Of a DNA stretch of 64,000 nt, positions 1 to 23,281 are shown one piece after another; within the stretch, counting starts at the first letter, position 1; every line of letters starts with the position of its first letter. This DNA is from the human T2T-CHM13v2.0 reference genome, Homo sapiens: assembly GCF_009914755.1 (NCBI RefSeq), contig NC_060948.1; one strand, written 5' to 3'. The notes under the pieces are model-generated. The model was not told the DNA's origin. It searched no databases and saw only the letters and a list, made by a program, of their open reading frames with translations. Made by a program: the position numbers and the translations under genes.

Positions 1-1632
<1,632 letters not shown>

Positions 1633-1635
1633 TAG

Positions 1636-1665
1636 CTGGGACTACACCACACTGGGACTACACCA
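1636..1665. repeat. 16-bp-period tandem duplication inside the Alu right arm (present in all units)
   Basis: ctgggactacacca occurs at 1636-1649 and again at 1652-1665. Confidence 0.9.
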
Positions 1666-1735
1666 GCTGCCACCATGCCTAGCTAATTTTTTGGATTTTT
1701 AGTAGTGACAGCGTTTCACTGTATTGGCCAGGATG

Positions 1736-1806
1736 GTCTTGATCTCTTCACCTTGTGATCCCCTTGCCTTGGCCTCCAAATTTGCTGGGATTACAGGCCT
1801 GAGCCA
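1736..1806 (-). promoter_or_regulatory. Remnant Alu Pol III internal promoter (A-box region and B box); activity unknown
   Basis: Minus strand TGGCTCAGGCC (1806-1796) and GATCAAGAC (1744-1736); the latter fits GWTCRANNC. Confidence 0.45.
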
Positions 1807-2372
1807 AGATCCATATTTTTTAAATGAAAAAAAATTTCAAAGGTACTCTGCTTGGTACAATAATCAAATGTATAAACTGAGGAATAAAACATAACCATGA
1901 AACCTACTTATAACTGCATATGGAAAATACAGAGGATAATTTTTTAAATAACATATTTTGAAAGCCTTAACTAGTAATTTGAAGAGTTGGCATTTGAAAG
2001 GCCAGTATGAATATACCTTCAAAGCAGCAACACAGGTTCCCCATGAGAAAAAGCAAACACAGGGAAAATAAAAACACAAAGGTTCAATCTCTTCTGACCT
2101 TTGAAAGACACAGCACAGACAGTGGTCCTTAGGACGAAGAGCAGGAGACCCCTAATTCCGTCACCATGGCGATAGGGCATAAACATTGCTGGGTGAGGGC
2201 ACAATCCACATTGTGAGGTCCAACTGCTGCCAGGAAGACAGGAGTGCTTTTACATAGACCGAAAGGTCATTGAAGGCTCAGAGTTTTGTTTCAAGAACTG
2301 AATCCCAAGCCCACACGTTATTAGGCTGCGCTTCTTAAAACAAGTTATGAGATGGGAAAAAGGGCACCCACA
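1807..2372. repeat. HSATI-type subunit of U1 (~565 bp); recurs after every Alu
   Basis: Mixed-composition segment between the Alu 5' end and the AT-rich block. Named from the known DYZ2 layout and not aligned to a consensus, so boundaries are approximate. Confidence 0.85.
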
Positions 2373-4224
<1,852 letters not shown>

Positions 4225-6327
4225 AGATCCATATTTTTTAAATGAAAAAAAATTTCAAAGGTACTCTGCTTGGTACAATAATCAAATGTATAAACTGAGG
4301 AATAAAACATAACCATGAAACCTACTTATAACTGCATATGGAAAATACAGAGGATAATTTTTTAAATAACATATTTTGAAAGCCTTAACTAGTAATTTGA
4401 AGAGTTGGCATTTGAAAGGCCAGTATGAATATACCTTCAAAGCAGCAACACAGGTTCCCCATGAGAAAAAGCAAACACAGGGAAAATAAAAACACAAAGG
4501 TTCAATCTCTTCTGACCTTTGAAAGACACAGCACAGACAGTGGTCCTTAGGACGAAGAGCAGGAGACCCCTAATTCCGTCACCATGGCGATAGGGCATAA
4601 ACATTGCTGGGTGAGGGCACAATCCACATTGTGAGGTCCAACTGCTGCCAGGAAGACAGGAGTGCTTTTACATAGACCGAAAGGTCATTGAAGGCTCAGA
4701 GTTTTGTTTCAAGAACTGAATCCCAAGCCCACACGTTATTAGGCTGCGCTTCTTAAAACAAGTTATGAGATGGGAAAAAGGGCACCCACAAATATAAGTA
4801 TACATTATGTATATAATAATATACAGTATCATATATATAATATATATAACCTATGTATAATATTGTTTTACATCCTGCATCTTATGTTATATATATTGTA
4901 TAAAATATAATAATTGATAATATATAAGTTTTATAATTATACAATATGACATATAGTATATATTATAATTTATGACATATATAATATATGTTATATATCA
5001 TATATAGAATATAGTATACCGTTAATATACGTATTAAATATAAATTATACATTATATATATTATATATAATATATCTGTTATATATAATACCCATTATGC
5101 ATAATATATATATTATGTCTATGTTATATATAGTATAAAACAACATATAATAATATATAATTGTATATATAAAATGCGACATATAATATATATTATATTT
5201 TATAACATATGTAATATATATTATATATTATATATAATACGTTGTATGTATAATACCTATATTAAATATATATTATATGACTATGTTATTAATTACATGT
5301 CACATGTGTTATATATTATATATTTTACATAGAATATACCGGTTACATACAATATATACTATGTTACCTATAATGTATAATTTATTACATGTAAAATAAA
5401 GAATGCAATATATTATGTATAATTTATAATATACAATATGTGGAATGTGATATATATAACATATAATATATGATATATGATATACAGTATATGATATATA
5501 ACATACAATATATGATTCCTAATATATATGGTATACAATATATATTTTATGATATGTATTCTATATGTTTTATATTCTGTTATATATAACTATTTGAAAT
5601 TATATATAACTGTATAATATTTTATGTAAATATGTAATATAATATATATAACTATATAATATATTATATATAACTATATATTATGTTATGTATACTTTTA
5701 TAACATAATTTACATAAAATATCATAATATAATATATATTATATTATTTCATATTACATAATATATATTACATATCACCCAATATAACTAACATACATAA
5801 TATTATAATATAGATTATATTATGTTATATTAAATATCATATATATCATGTATCATATATTCTATAATATATATTACACATTATATAATATGTATGCTGT
5901 CTATTATGTGATATATATAACTATATATAATTATATTTTTATACATATAACTAGATAAACATGTAATTCTACATATTTTCATTTATAATATGTAGAATTA
6001 TATAATCATATATAATTATTTATATTCTATAAAAAATTTTATCATTATATAAATTATAATATATAAAAATTATAATATGTACTACAAATATATATATTAT
6101 ATATCATATATGATATAGTACCTTTGTTATATATCATAATACATATAAATGTGTATTATGTTATCTATAATTATATAATTTCATATATAAGGTGTATAAT
6201 ATGTATCATATATTATATATGTTATGTAATATATATAGTATATATAAGATGACACAGGATAAATATTATATACTATGACATATAAAATATATGAGGTTAT
6301 ATGTTACATATAAGGCATAGCACATAA

Positions 6328-6642
<315 letters not shown>

Positions 6643-8745
6643 AGATCCATATTTTTTAAATGAAAAAAAATTTCAAAGGTACTCTGCTTGGTACAATAAT
6701 CAAATGTATAAACTGAGGAATAAAACATAACCATGAAACCTACTTATAACTGCATATGGAAAATACAGAGGATAATTTTTTAAATAACATATTTTGAAAG
6801 CCTTAACTAGTAATTTGAAGAGTTGGCATTTGAAAGGCCAGTATGAATATACCTTCAAAGCAGCAACACAGGTTCCCCATGAGAAAAAGCAAACACAGGG
6901 AAAATAAAAACACAAAGGTTCAATCTCTTCTGACCTTTGAAAGACACAGCACAGACAGTGGTCCTTAGGACGAAGAGCAGGAGACCCCTAATTCCGTCAC
7001 CATGGCGATAGGGCATAAACATTGCTGGGTGAGGGCACAATCCACATTGTGAGGTCCAACTGCTGCCAGGAAGACAGGAGTGCTTTTACATAGACCGAAA
7101 GGTCATTGAAGGCTCAGAGTTTTGTTTCAAGAACTGAATCCCAAGCCCACACGTTATTAGGCTGCGCTTCTTAAAACAAGTTATGAGATGGGAAAAAGGG
7201 CACCCACAAATATAAGTATACATTATGTATATAATAATATACAGTATCATATATATAATATATATAACCTATGTATAATATTGTTTTACATCCTGCATCT
7301 TATGTTATATATATTGTATAAAATATAATAATTGATAATATATAAGTTTTATAATTATACAATATGACATATAGTATATATTATAATTTATGACATATAT
7401 AATATATGTTATATATCATATATAGAATATAGTATACCGTTAATATACGTATTAAATATAAATTATACATTATATATATTATATATAATATATCTGTTAT
7501 ATATAATACCCATTATGCATAATATATATATTATGTCTATGTTATATATAGTATAAAACAACATATAATAATATATAATTGTATATATAAAATGCGACAT
7601 ATAATATATATTATATTTTATAACATATGTAATATATATTATATATTATATATAATACGTTGTATGTATAATACCTATATTAAATATATATTATATGACT
7701 ATGTTATTAATTACATGTCACATGTGTTATATATTATATATTTTACATAGAATATACCGGTTACATACAATATATACTATGTTACCTATAATGTATAATT
7801 TATTACATGTAAAATAAAGAATGCAATATATTATGTATAATTTATAATATACAATATGTGGAATGTGATATATATAACATATAATATATGATATATGATA
7901 TACAGTATATGATATATAACATACAATATATGATTCCTAATATATATGGTATACAATATATATTTTATGATATGTATTCTATATGTTTTATATTCTGTTA
8001 TATATAACTATTTGAAATTATATATAACTGTATAATATTTTATGTAAATATGTAATATAATATATATAACTATATAATATATTATATATAACTATATATT
8101 ATGTTATGTATACTTTTATAACATAATTTACATAAAATATCATAATATAATATATATTATATTATTTCATATTACATAATATATATTACATATCACCCAA
8201 TATAACTAACATACATAATATTATAATATAGATTATATTATGTTATATTAAATATCATATATATCATGTATCATATATTCTATAATATATATTACACATT
8301 ATATAATATGTATGCTGTCTATTATGTGATATATATAACTATATATAATTATATTTTTATACATATAACTAGATAAACATGTAATTCTACATATTTTCAT
8401 TTATAATATGTAGAATTATATAATCATATATAATTATTTATATTCTATAAAAAATTTTATCATTATATAAATTATAATATATAAAAATTATAATATGTAC
8501 TACAAATATATATATTATATATCATATATGATATAGTACCTTTGTTATATATCATAATACATATAAATGTGTATTATGTTATCTATAATTATATAATTTC
8601 ATATATAAGGTGTATAATATGTATCATATATTATATATGTTATGTAATATATATAGTATATATAAGATGACACAGGATAAATATTATATACTATGACATA
8701 TAAAATATATGAGGTTATATGTTACATATAAGGCATAGCACATAA

Positions 8746-9060
<315 letters not shown>

Positions 9061-11165
9061 AGATCCATATTTTTTAAATGAAAAAAAATTTCAAAGGTAC
9101 TCTGCTTGGTACAATAATCAAATGTATAAACTGAGGAATAAAACATAACCATGAAACCTACTTATAACTGCATATGGAAAATACAGAGGATAATTTTTTA
9201 AATAACATATTTTGAAAGCCTTAACTAGTAATTTGAAGAGTTGGCATTTGAAAGGCCAGTATGAATATACCTTCAAAGCAGCAACACAGGTTCCCCATGA
9301 GAAAAAGCAAACACAGGGAAAATAAAAACACAAAGGTTCAATCTCTTCTGACCTTTGAAAGACACAGCACAGACAGTGGTCCTTAGGACGAAGAGCAGGA
9401 GACCCCTAATTCCGTCACCATGGCGATAGGGCATAAACATTGCTGGGTGAGGGCACAATCCACATTGTGAGGTCCAACTGCTGCCAGGAAGACAGGAGTG
9501 CTTTTACATAGACCGAAAGGTCATTGAAGGCTCAGAGTTTTGTTTCAAGAACTGAATCCCAAGCCCACACGTTATTAGGCTGCGCTTCTTAAAACAAGTG
9601 ATGAGATGGGAAAAAGGGCACCCACAAACATACGTATACATTATGTATATAATAATATACAGTATCATATATATAATATATATAACCTATGTATAATATT
9701 GTTTTACATCCTGCATCTTATGTTATATATATTGTATAAAATATAATAATTGATAATATATAAGTTTTATAATTATACAATATGACATATAGTATATATT
9801 ATAATTTATGACATATATAATATATGTTATATATCATATATAGAATATATTATACGGTTAATATACGTATTAAATGTAAATTATACCTTATATATATTAT
9901 ATATAATATAACTGTTATATATAATAACCATTATGCATAATATATATATTATGTCTATGTTATATATAGTATAAAACAACATATAATAATATATAATTGT
10001 ATATATAAAATGCGACATATAATATATATTATATTTTATAACATATGTAATATATATTATATATTATATATAATACGTTGTATGTATAATACCTATATTA
10101 AATATATATTACATGACTATGTTATTAATTACATGTCACATGTGTTATATATTTTATATTTTACATAGAATATACCGGTTACATACAATATATACTATGT
10201 TACCTATAATGTATAATTTATTACATGTAAAATAAAGAATGCAATATATTATGTATAATTTATAATATACAATATGTGGAATGTGATATATGTAACATAT
10301 AATATATGATATATGATATACAGTATATGATATATAACATACAATATATGATTCTTAATATATATGGTATACAATATATATTTTATGATATGTATTCTAT
10401 ATGTTTTATATTCTGTTATATATAACTATTTGAAATTATATATAACTGTATAATATTTTATGTAAATATGTAATATAATATATATAACTATATAATATAT
10501 TATATATAACTATATATTATGTTATGTATACTTTTATAACATAATTTACATAAAATATCATAATATAATATATATTATATTATTTCATATTACATAATAT
10601 ATATTACATATCACCCAATATAACTAACATACATAATATTATAATATAGATTATATTATGTTATATTAAATATCATATATATCATGTATCATATATTCTA
10701 TAATATATATTACACATTATATAATATGTATGTTGTCTATTATGTGATATATATAACTATATATATAATTATATTTTTATACATATAACTAGATAAACAT
10801 GTAATTCTACATATTTTCATTTATAATATGTAGAATTATATAATCATATATAATTATTTATATTCTATAAAAAATTTTATCATTATATAAATTATAATAT
10901 ATAAAAATTATAATATGTACTACAAATATATATATTATATATCATATATGATATAGTACCTTTGTTATATATCATAATACATATAAATGTGTATTATGTT
11001 ATCTATAATTATATAATTTCATATATAAGGTGTATAATATGTATCATATATTATATATGTTATGTAATATATATAGTATATATAAGATGACACAGGATAA
11101 ATATTATATACTATGACATATAAAATATATGAGGTTATATGTTACATATAAGGCATAGCACATAA

Positions 11166-11480
<315 letters not shown>

Positions 11481-13583
11481 AGATCCATATTTTTTAAATG
11501 AAAAAAAATTTCAAAGGTACTCTGCTTGGTACAATAATCAAATGTATAAACTGAGGAATAAAACATAACCATGAAACCTACTTATAACTGCATATGGAAA
11601 ATACAGAGGATAATTTTTTAAATAACATATTTTGAAAGCCTTAACTAGTAATTTGAAGAGTTGGCATTTGAAAGGCCAGTATGAATATACCTTCAAAGCA
11701 GCAACACAGGTTCCCCATGAGAAAAAGCAAACACAGGGAAAATAAAAACACAAAGGTTCAATCTCTTCTGACCTTTGAAAGACACAGCACAGACAGTGGT
11801 CCTTAGGACGAAGAGCAGGAGACCCCTAATTCCGTCACCATGGCGATAGGGCATAAACATTGCTGGGTGAGGGCACAATCCACATTGTGAGGTCCAACTG
11901 CTGCCAGGAAGACAGGAGTGCTTTTACATAGACCGAAAGGTCATTGAAGGCTCAGAGTTTTGTTTCAAGAACTGAATCCCAAGCCCACACGTTATTAGGC
12001 TGCGCTTCTTAAAACAAGTTATGAGATGGGAAAAAGGGGACCCACAAACATACGTATACATTATGTATATAATAATATACAGTATCATATATATAATATA
12101 TATAACCTATGTATAATATTGTTTTACATCCTGCATCTTATGTTATATATATTGTATAAAATATAATAATTGATAATATATAAGTTTTATAATTATACAA
12201 TATGACATATAGTATATATTATAATTTATGACATATATAATATAAGTTATATATCATATATAGAATATAGTATACGGTTAATATACGTATTAAATATAAA
12301 TTATACATTATATATATTATATATAATATATCTGTTATATATAATACCCATTATGCATAATATATATATTATGTCTATGTTATATATAGTATAAAACAAC
12401 ATATAATAATATATAATTGTATATATAAAATGCGACATATAATATATATTATATTTTATAACATATGTAATATATATTATATATTATATATAATACGTTG
12501 TATGTATAATACCTATATTAAATATATATTATATGACTATGTTATTAATTACATGTCACATGTGTTATATATTATATATTTTACATAGAATATACCGGTT
12601 ACATACAATATATACTATGTTACCTATAATGTATAATTTATTACATGTAAAATAAAGAATGTAATATATTATGTATAATTTATAATATACAATATGTGGA
12701 ATGTGATATATATAACATATAATATATGATATATGATATACAGTATATGATATATAACATACAATATATGATTCCTAATATATATGGTATACAATATATA
12801 TTTTATGATATGTATTCTATATGTTTTATATTCTGTTATATATAACTATTTGAAATTATATATAACTGTATAATATTTTATGTAAATATGTAATATAATA
12901 TATATAACTATATAATATATTATATATAACTATATATTATGTTATGTATACTTTTATAACATAATTTACAAAAAATATCATAATATAATATATATTATAT
13001 TATTTCATATTACATAATATATATTACATATCACCCAATATAACTAACATACATAATATTATAATATAGATTATATTATGTTATATTAAATATCATATAT
13101 ATCATGTATCATATATTCTATAATATATATTACACATTATATAATATGTATGCTGTCTATTATGTGATATATATAACTATATATAATTATATTTTTATAC
13201 ATATAACTAGATAAACATGTAATTCTACATATTTTCATTTATAATATGTAGAATTATATAATCATATATAATTATTTATATTCTATAAAAAATTTTATCA
13301 TTATATAAATTATAATATATAAAAATTATAATAAGTACTACAAATATATATATTATATATCATATATGATATAGTACCTTTGTTATATATCATAATACAT
13401 ATAAATGTGTATTATGTTATCTATAATTATATAATTTCATATATAAGGGGTATAATATGTATCATATATTATATATGTTATGTAATATATATAGTATATA
13501 TAAGATGACACAGGATAAATATTATATACTATGACATATAAAATATATGAGGTTATATGTTACATATAAGGCATAGCACATAA

Positions 13584-13898
<315 letters not shown>

Positions 13899-16002
13899 AG
13901 ATCCATATTTTTTAAATGAAAAAAAATTTCAAAGGTACTCTGCTTGGTACAATAATCAAATGTATAAACTGAGGAATAAAACATAACCATGAAACCTACT
14001 TATAACTGCATATGGAAAATACAGAGGATAATTTTTTAAATAACATATTTTGAAAGCCTTAACTAGTAATTTGAAGAGTTGGCATTTGAAAGGCCAGTAT
14101 GAATATACCTTCAAAGCAGCAACACAGGTTCCCCATGAGAAAAAGCAAACACAGGGAAAATAAAAACACAAAGGTTCAATCTCTTCTGACCTTTGAAAGA
14201 CACAGCACAGACAGTGGTCCTTAGGACGAAGAGCAGGAGACCCCTAATTCCGTCACCATGGCGATAGGACATAAACATTGCTGGGTGAGGGCACAATCCA
14301 CATTGTGAGGTCCAACTGCTGCCAGGAAGACAGGAGTGCTTTTACATAGACCGAAAGGTCATTGAAGGCTCAGAGTTTTGTTTCAAGAACTGAATCCCAA
14401 GCCCACACGTTATTAGGCTGCGCTTCTTAAAACAAGTTATGAGATGGGAAAAAGGGCACCCACAAACATACGTATACATTATGTATATAATAATATACAG
14501 TATCATATATATAATATATATAACCTATGTATAATATTGTTTTACATCCTGCATCTTATGTTATATATATTGTATAAAATATAATAATTGATAATATATA
14601 AGTTTTATAATTATACAATATGACATATAGTATATATTATAATTTATGACATATATAATATATGTTATATATCATATATAGAGTATATTATACGGTTAAT
14701 ATACGTATTAAATATAAATTATACATTATATATATTATATATAATATATCTGTTATATATAATACCCATTATGCATAATATATATATTATGTCTATGTTA
14801 TATATAGTATAAAACAACATATAATAATATATAATTGTATATATAAAATGCGACATATAATATATATTATATTTTATAACATATGTAATATATATTATAT
14901 ATTATCTATAATACGTTGTATGTATAATACCTATATTAAATATATATTATATGACTATGTTATTAATTACATGTCACATGTGTTATATATTATATATTTT
15001 AAATAGAATATACCGGTTACATACAATATATACTATGTTACCTATAATGTATAATTTATTACATGTAAAATAAGGAATGCAATATATTATGTATAATTTA
15101 TAATATACAATATGTGGAATGTGATATATATAACATATAATATATGATATATGATATACAGTATATGATATATAACATACAATATATGATTCCTAATATA
15201 TATGGTATACAATATATATTTTATGATATGTATTCTATATGTTTTATATTCTGTTATATATAACTATTTGAAATTATATATAACTGTATAATATTTTATG
15301 TAATATGTAATATAATATATATAACTATATAATATATTATATATAACTATATATTATGTTATATATACTTTTATAACATAATTTACATAAAATATCATAA
15401 TATAATATATATTATATTATTTCATATTACATAATATATATTACATATCACCCAATATAACTAACATACATAATATTATAATATAGATTATATTATGTTA
15501 TATTAAATATCATATATATCATGTATCATATATTCTATAGTATATATTACACATTATATAATATGTATGTTGTCTATTATGTGATATATATAACTATATA
15601 TATAATTATATTTTTATACATATAACTAGATAAACATGTAATTCTACATATTTTCATTTATAATATGTAGAATTATATAATCATATATAATTATTTATAT
15701 TCTATAAAAAATTTTATCATTATATGAATTATAATATATAAAAATTATAATATGTACTACAAATATATATATTATATATCATATATGATATAGTACCTTT
15801 GTTATATATCATAATACATATAAATGTGTATTATGTTATCTATAATTATATAATTTCATATATAAGATGTATAATATGTATCATATATTATATATGTTAT
15901 GTAATATATATAGTATATATAAGATGACACAGGATAAATATTATATACTATGACATATAAAATATATGAGGTTATATGTTACATATAATGCATAGCACAT
16001 AA

Positions 16003-16317
<315 letters not shown>

Positions 16318-18418
16318 AGATCCGTATTTTTTAAATGAAAAAAAATTTCAAAGGTACTCTGCTTGGTACAATAATCAAATGTATAAACTGAGGAATAAAA
16401 CATAACCATGAAACCTACTTATAACTGCATATGGAAAATACAGAGGATAATTTTTTAAATAACATATTTTGAAAGCCTTAACTAGTAATTTGAAGAGTTG
16501 GCATTTGAAAGGCCAGTATGAATATACCTTCAAAGCAGCAACACAGGTTCCCCATGAGAAAAAGCAAACACAGGGAAAATAAAAACACAAAGGTTCAATC
16601 TCTTCTGACTTTTGAAAGACACAGCACAGACAGTGGTCCTTAGGACGAAGAGCAGGAGACCCCTAATTCCGTCACCATGGCGATAGGGCATAAACATTGC
16701 TGGGTGAGGGCACAATCCACATTGTGAGGTCCAACTGCTGCCAGGAAGACAGGAGTGCTTTTACATAGACCGAAAGGTCATTGAAGGCTCAGAGTTTTGT
16801 TTCAAGAACTGAATCCCAAGCCCACACGTTATTAGGCTGCGCTTCTTAAAACAAGTTATGAGATGGGAAAAAGGGCACCCACAAACATACGTATACATTA
16901 TGTATATAATAATATACAGTATCATATATATAATATATATAACCTATGTATAATATTGTTTTACATCCTGCATCTTATGTTATATATATTGTATAAAATA
17001 TAATAATTGATAATATATAAGTTTTATAATTATACAATATGACATATAGTATATATTATAATTTATGACATATATAATATATGTTATATATCATATATAG
17101 AATATATTATACGGTTAATATACGTATTAAATATAAATTATACATTATATATATTATATATAATATATCTGTTATATATAATACCCATTATGCATAATAT
17201 ATATATTATGTCTATGTTATATATAGTATAAAACAACATATAATAATATATAATTGTATATATAAAATGCGACATATAATATATATTATATTTTATAACA
17301 TATGTAATATATATTATATATTATATATAATACGTTGTATGTATAATACCTATATTAAATATATATTATATGACTATGTTATTAATTACATGTCACATGT
17401 GTTATATATTATATATTTTAAATAGAATATACCGGTTACATACAATATATACTATGTTACCTATAATGTATAATTTATTACATGTAAAATAAGGAATGCA
17501 ATATATTATGTATAATTTATAATATACAATATGTGGAATGTGATATATATAACATATAATATATGATATATGATATACAGTATATGATATATAACATACA
17601 ATATATGATTCCTAAAATATATGGTATACAATGTATATTTTATGTTATGTATTCTATATGTTTTATATTCTGTTATATATAACTATTTGAAATTATATAT
17701 AACTGTATAATATTTTATGTAATATGTAATATAATATATATAACTATATAATATATTATATATAACTATATATTATGTTATATATACTTTTATAACATAA
17801 TTTACATAAAATATCATAATATATATTATATTATTTCATATTACATAATATATATTACATATCACCCAATATAAGTAACATACATAATATTATAATATAG
17901 ATTATATTATGTTATATTAAATATCATATATATCATGTATCATATATTCTATAATATATATTACACATTATATAATATGTATGTTGTCTATTATGTGATA
18001 TATATAACTATATATATTATTATATTTTTATACATATAACTAGATAAACATGTAATTCTACATATTTTCATTTATAATATGTAGAATTATATAATCATAT
18101 ATAATTATTTATATTCTATAAAAAATTTTATCATTATATGAATTATAATATATAAAAATTATAATATGTACTACAAATATATATATATTATATATCATAT
18201 ATGATATAGTACCTTTGTTATATATCATAATACATATAAATGTGTATTATGTTATCTATAATTATATAATTTCATATATAAGATGTATAATATGTATCAT
18301 ATATTATATATGTTATGTAATATATATAGTATATATAAGATGACACAGGATAAATATTATATACTATGACATATAAAATATATGAGGTTATATGTTACAT
18401 ATAATGCATAGCACATAA

Positions 18419-18733
<315 letters not shown>

Positions 18734-20838
18734 AGATCCGTATTTTTTAAATGAAAAAAAATTTCAAAGGTACTCTGCTTGGTACAATAATCAAATGTAT
18801 AAACTGAGGAATAAAACATAACCATGAAACCTACTTATAACTGCATATGGAAAATACAGAGGATAATTTTTTAAATAACATATTTTGAAAGCCTTAACTA
18901 GTAATTTGAAGAGTTGGCATTTGAAAGGCCAGTATGAATATACCTTCAAAGCAGCAACACAGGTTCCCCATGAGAAAAAGCAAACTCAGGGAAAATAAAA
19001 CCACAAAGGTTCAATCTCTTCTGACCTTTGAAAGACACAGCACAGACAGTGGTCCTTAGGACGAAGAGCAGGAGACCCCTAATTCCGTCACCATGGCGAT
19101 AGGGCATAAACATTGCTGGGTGAGGGCACAATCCACATTGTGAGGTCCAACTGCTGCCAGGAAGACAGGAGTGCTTTTACATAGACCGAAAGGTCATTGA
19201 AGGCTCAGAGTTTTGTTTCAAGAACTGAATCCCAAGCCCACACGTTATTAGGCTGCGCTTCTTAAAACAAGTTATGAGATGGGAAAAAGGGCACCCACAA
19301 ACATACGTATACATTATGTATATAATAATATACAGTATCATATATATAATATATATAACCTATGTATAATATTGTTTTACATCCTGCATCTTATGTTATA
19401 TATATTGTATAAAATATAATAATTGATAATATATAAGTTTTATAATTATACAATATGACATATAGTATATATTATAATTTATGACATATATAATATATGT
19501 TATATATCATATATAGAATATATTATACGGTTAATATACGTATTAAATATAAATTATACATTATATATATTATATATAATATATCTGTTATATATAATAC
19601 CCATTATGCATAATATATATATTATGTCTATGTTATATATAGTATTAAACAACATATAATAATATATAATTGTATATATAAAATGCGACATATAATATAT
19701 ATTATATTTTATAACATATGTAATATATATTATATATTATATATAATACGTTGTATGTATAATACCTATATTAAATATATATTATATGACTATGTTATTA
19801 ATTACATGTCACATGTGTTATATATTATATATTTTACATAGAATATACCGGTTAGATACAATATATACTATGTTACCTATAATGTATAATTTATTACATG
19901 TAAAATAAAGAATGCAATATATTATGTATAATTTATAATATACAATATGTGGAATGTGATATATATTACATATAATATATGATATATGATATACAGTATA
20001 TGATATATAACATACAATATATGATTCCTAATATATATGGTATACAATATATATTTTATGATATGTATTCTATATGTTTTATATTCTGTTATATATAACT
20101 ATTTGAAATTATATATAACTGTATAATATTTTATGTAAATATGTAATATAATATATATAACTATATAATATATTATATATAACTATATATTATGTTATAT
20201 ATACTTTTATAACATAATTTACATAAAATATCATAATATAATATATATTATATTATTTCATATTACATAATATATATTACATATCACCCAATATAACTAA
20301 CATACATAATATTATAATATAGATTATATTATGTTATATTAAATATCATATATATCATGTATCATATATTCTATAATATATATTACACTTTATATAATAT
20401 GTATGTTGTCTATTATGTGATATATATAACTATATATATAATTATATTTTTATACATATAACTAGATAACCATGTAATTCTACATATTTTCATTTATAAT
20501 ATGTAGAATTATATAATCATATATAATTATTTATATTCTATAAAAAATTTTATCATTATATAAATTATAATATATAAAAATTATAATATGTACTACAAAT
20601 ATATATATTATATATCATATATGATATAGTACCTTTGTTATATATCATAATACATATAAATGTGTATTATGTTATCTATAATTATATAATTTCATATATA
20701 AGGTGTATAATATGTATCATATATTATATATGTTATGTAATATATATAGTATATATAAGATGACACAGGATAAATATTATATACTATGACATATAAAATA
20801 TATGAGGTTATATGTTACATATAAGGCATAGCACATAA

Positions 20839-21153
<315 letters not shown>

Positions 21154-23281
21154 AGATCCATATTTTTTAAATGAAAAAAAATTTCAAAGGTACTCTGCTT
21201 GGTACAATAATCAAATGTATAAACTGAGGAATAAAACATAACCATGAAACCTACTTATAACTGCATATGGAAAATACAGAGGATAATTTTTTAAATAACA
21301 TATTTTGAAAGCCTTAACTAGTAATTTGAAGAGTTGGCATTTGAAAGGCCAGTATGAATATACCTTCAAAGCAGCAACACAGGTTCCCCATGAGAAAAAG
21401 CAAACTCAGGGAAAATAAAACCACAAAGGTTCAATCTCTTCTGACCTTTGAAAGACACAGCACAGACAGTGGTCCTTAGGACGAAGAGCAGGAGACCCCT
21501 AATTCCGTCACCATGGCGATAGGGCATAAACATTTCTGGGTGAGGGCACAATCCACATTGTGAGGTCCAACTGCTGCCAGGAAGACAGGAGTGCTTTTAC
21601 ATAGACCGAAAGGTCATTGAAGGCTCAGAGTTTTGTTTCAAGAACTGAATCCCAAGCCCACACGTTATTAGGCTGCGCTTCTTAAAACAAGTTATGAGAT
21701 GGGAAAAAGGGCACCTACAAACATACGTATACATTATGTATATAATAATATACACTATCATATATATAATATATATAACCCATGTATAATATTGTTTTAC
21801 ATCCTGCATCTTATATTATATATATTGTGTAAAATATAATAATTGATAATATATAAATTTTATATTTATACAATATGACATATAGTATATATTATAATTT
21901 ATGACATATATAATATATGTTATATATCATATATAGAATATATTATACGGTTCATATACGTATTAAATATAAATTATACATTATATATATTATATATAAT
22001 ATATCTGCTATATATAATACCCATTGTGCATAATATATATATTATGTCTATGTTATATATAGTATAAAACAACATATAATAATATATAATTGTATATATA
22101 AAATGCGACATATAATATATATTATATTTTATAATATATGTAATATATATTATATATTATATATAATACGTTGTATGTATAATACCTATATTAAATATAT
22201 ATTATATGACTATGTTATTAATTACATGTCACATGTGTTATATATTATATATTTTACATAGAATATACCGGTTACGTACAATATATACTATGTTACCTAT
22301 AATGTATAATTTATTACATGTAAAATAAAGAATGCAATATATTATGTATAATTTATAATATACAATATGTGGAATGTGATATATATAACATATAATATAT
22401 GTTATATGATATACAGTATATGATATATAACATACAATATATGATTCCTAATATATATGGTAACCAATATATATTTTATGATATGTATTCTATATGTTTT
22501 ATATTCTGTTATATATAACTATTTGAAATTATATGTAACTGTATAATATTTTATGTAAATATGTAATATAATATATATAACTATATAATATATTATATAT
22601 AACTATATATTATGTTATATATACTTTTATAACATAATTTACATAAAATATCATAATATAATATATATTATATTATTTCATATTACATAATATATATTAC
22701 ATATCACCCAATATAGCTAACATACATAATATTATAATATAGATTATATTGTGTTATATTAAATATCATATATATCATGTATCATATATTCTATAATATA
22801 TATTACACATTATATAATATGTATGTTGTCTATTATGTGATATATATAACTATATATATAATTATATTTTTATACATATAAGTAGATAAACATGTAATTC
22901 TACATATTTTCATTTATAATATGTAGAATTATATAATCATATATAATTACTTATATTCTATAAAAAATTTTATCATTATATAAATTATAATATATAAAAA
23001 TTATAATATGTACTACAAATATATATATTATATATCATATATGATATAGTACCTTTGTTATATATCATAATAAATATAAATGTGTATTATGTTATCTATA
23101 ATTATATAATTTCATATATAAGATGTATAATATGTATCATATATTATATATGTTATGTAATATATATAGTATATATAAGATGACACAGGATAAATATTAT
23201 ATACTATGACATATAAAATATATGAGGTTATATGTTACATATAAGGCATAGCACATAACATGTAATATATATCATATATAA

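Noticed and set aside
1864-2204. Repeated 71-aa and 61-aa minus-strand ORFs
   Set aside because: They are short and overlapping with no recognisable domain, and they recur only because the unit does. The 71-aa frame is broken by a stop in U8-10, 14, 16, 19, 23 and 25.
2161-2216. Kozak-like CACCATGG followed by a GTGAGG donor-like motif
   Set aside because: The frame closes after 16 codons and there is no supporting promoter or exon structure, so it is plausible by chance.
21597-21809. Unique 70-aa ORF
   Set aside because: It arises from private substitutions at the U9/U10 junction and is Y/I-rich translation of AT-rich DNA.
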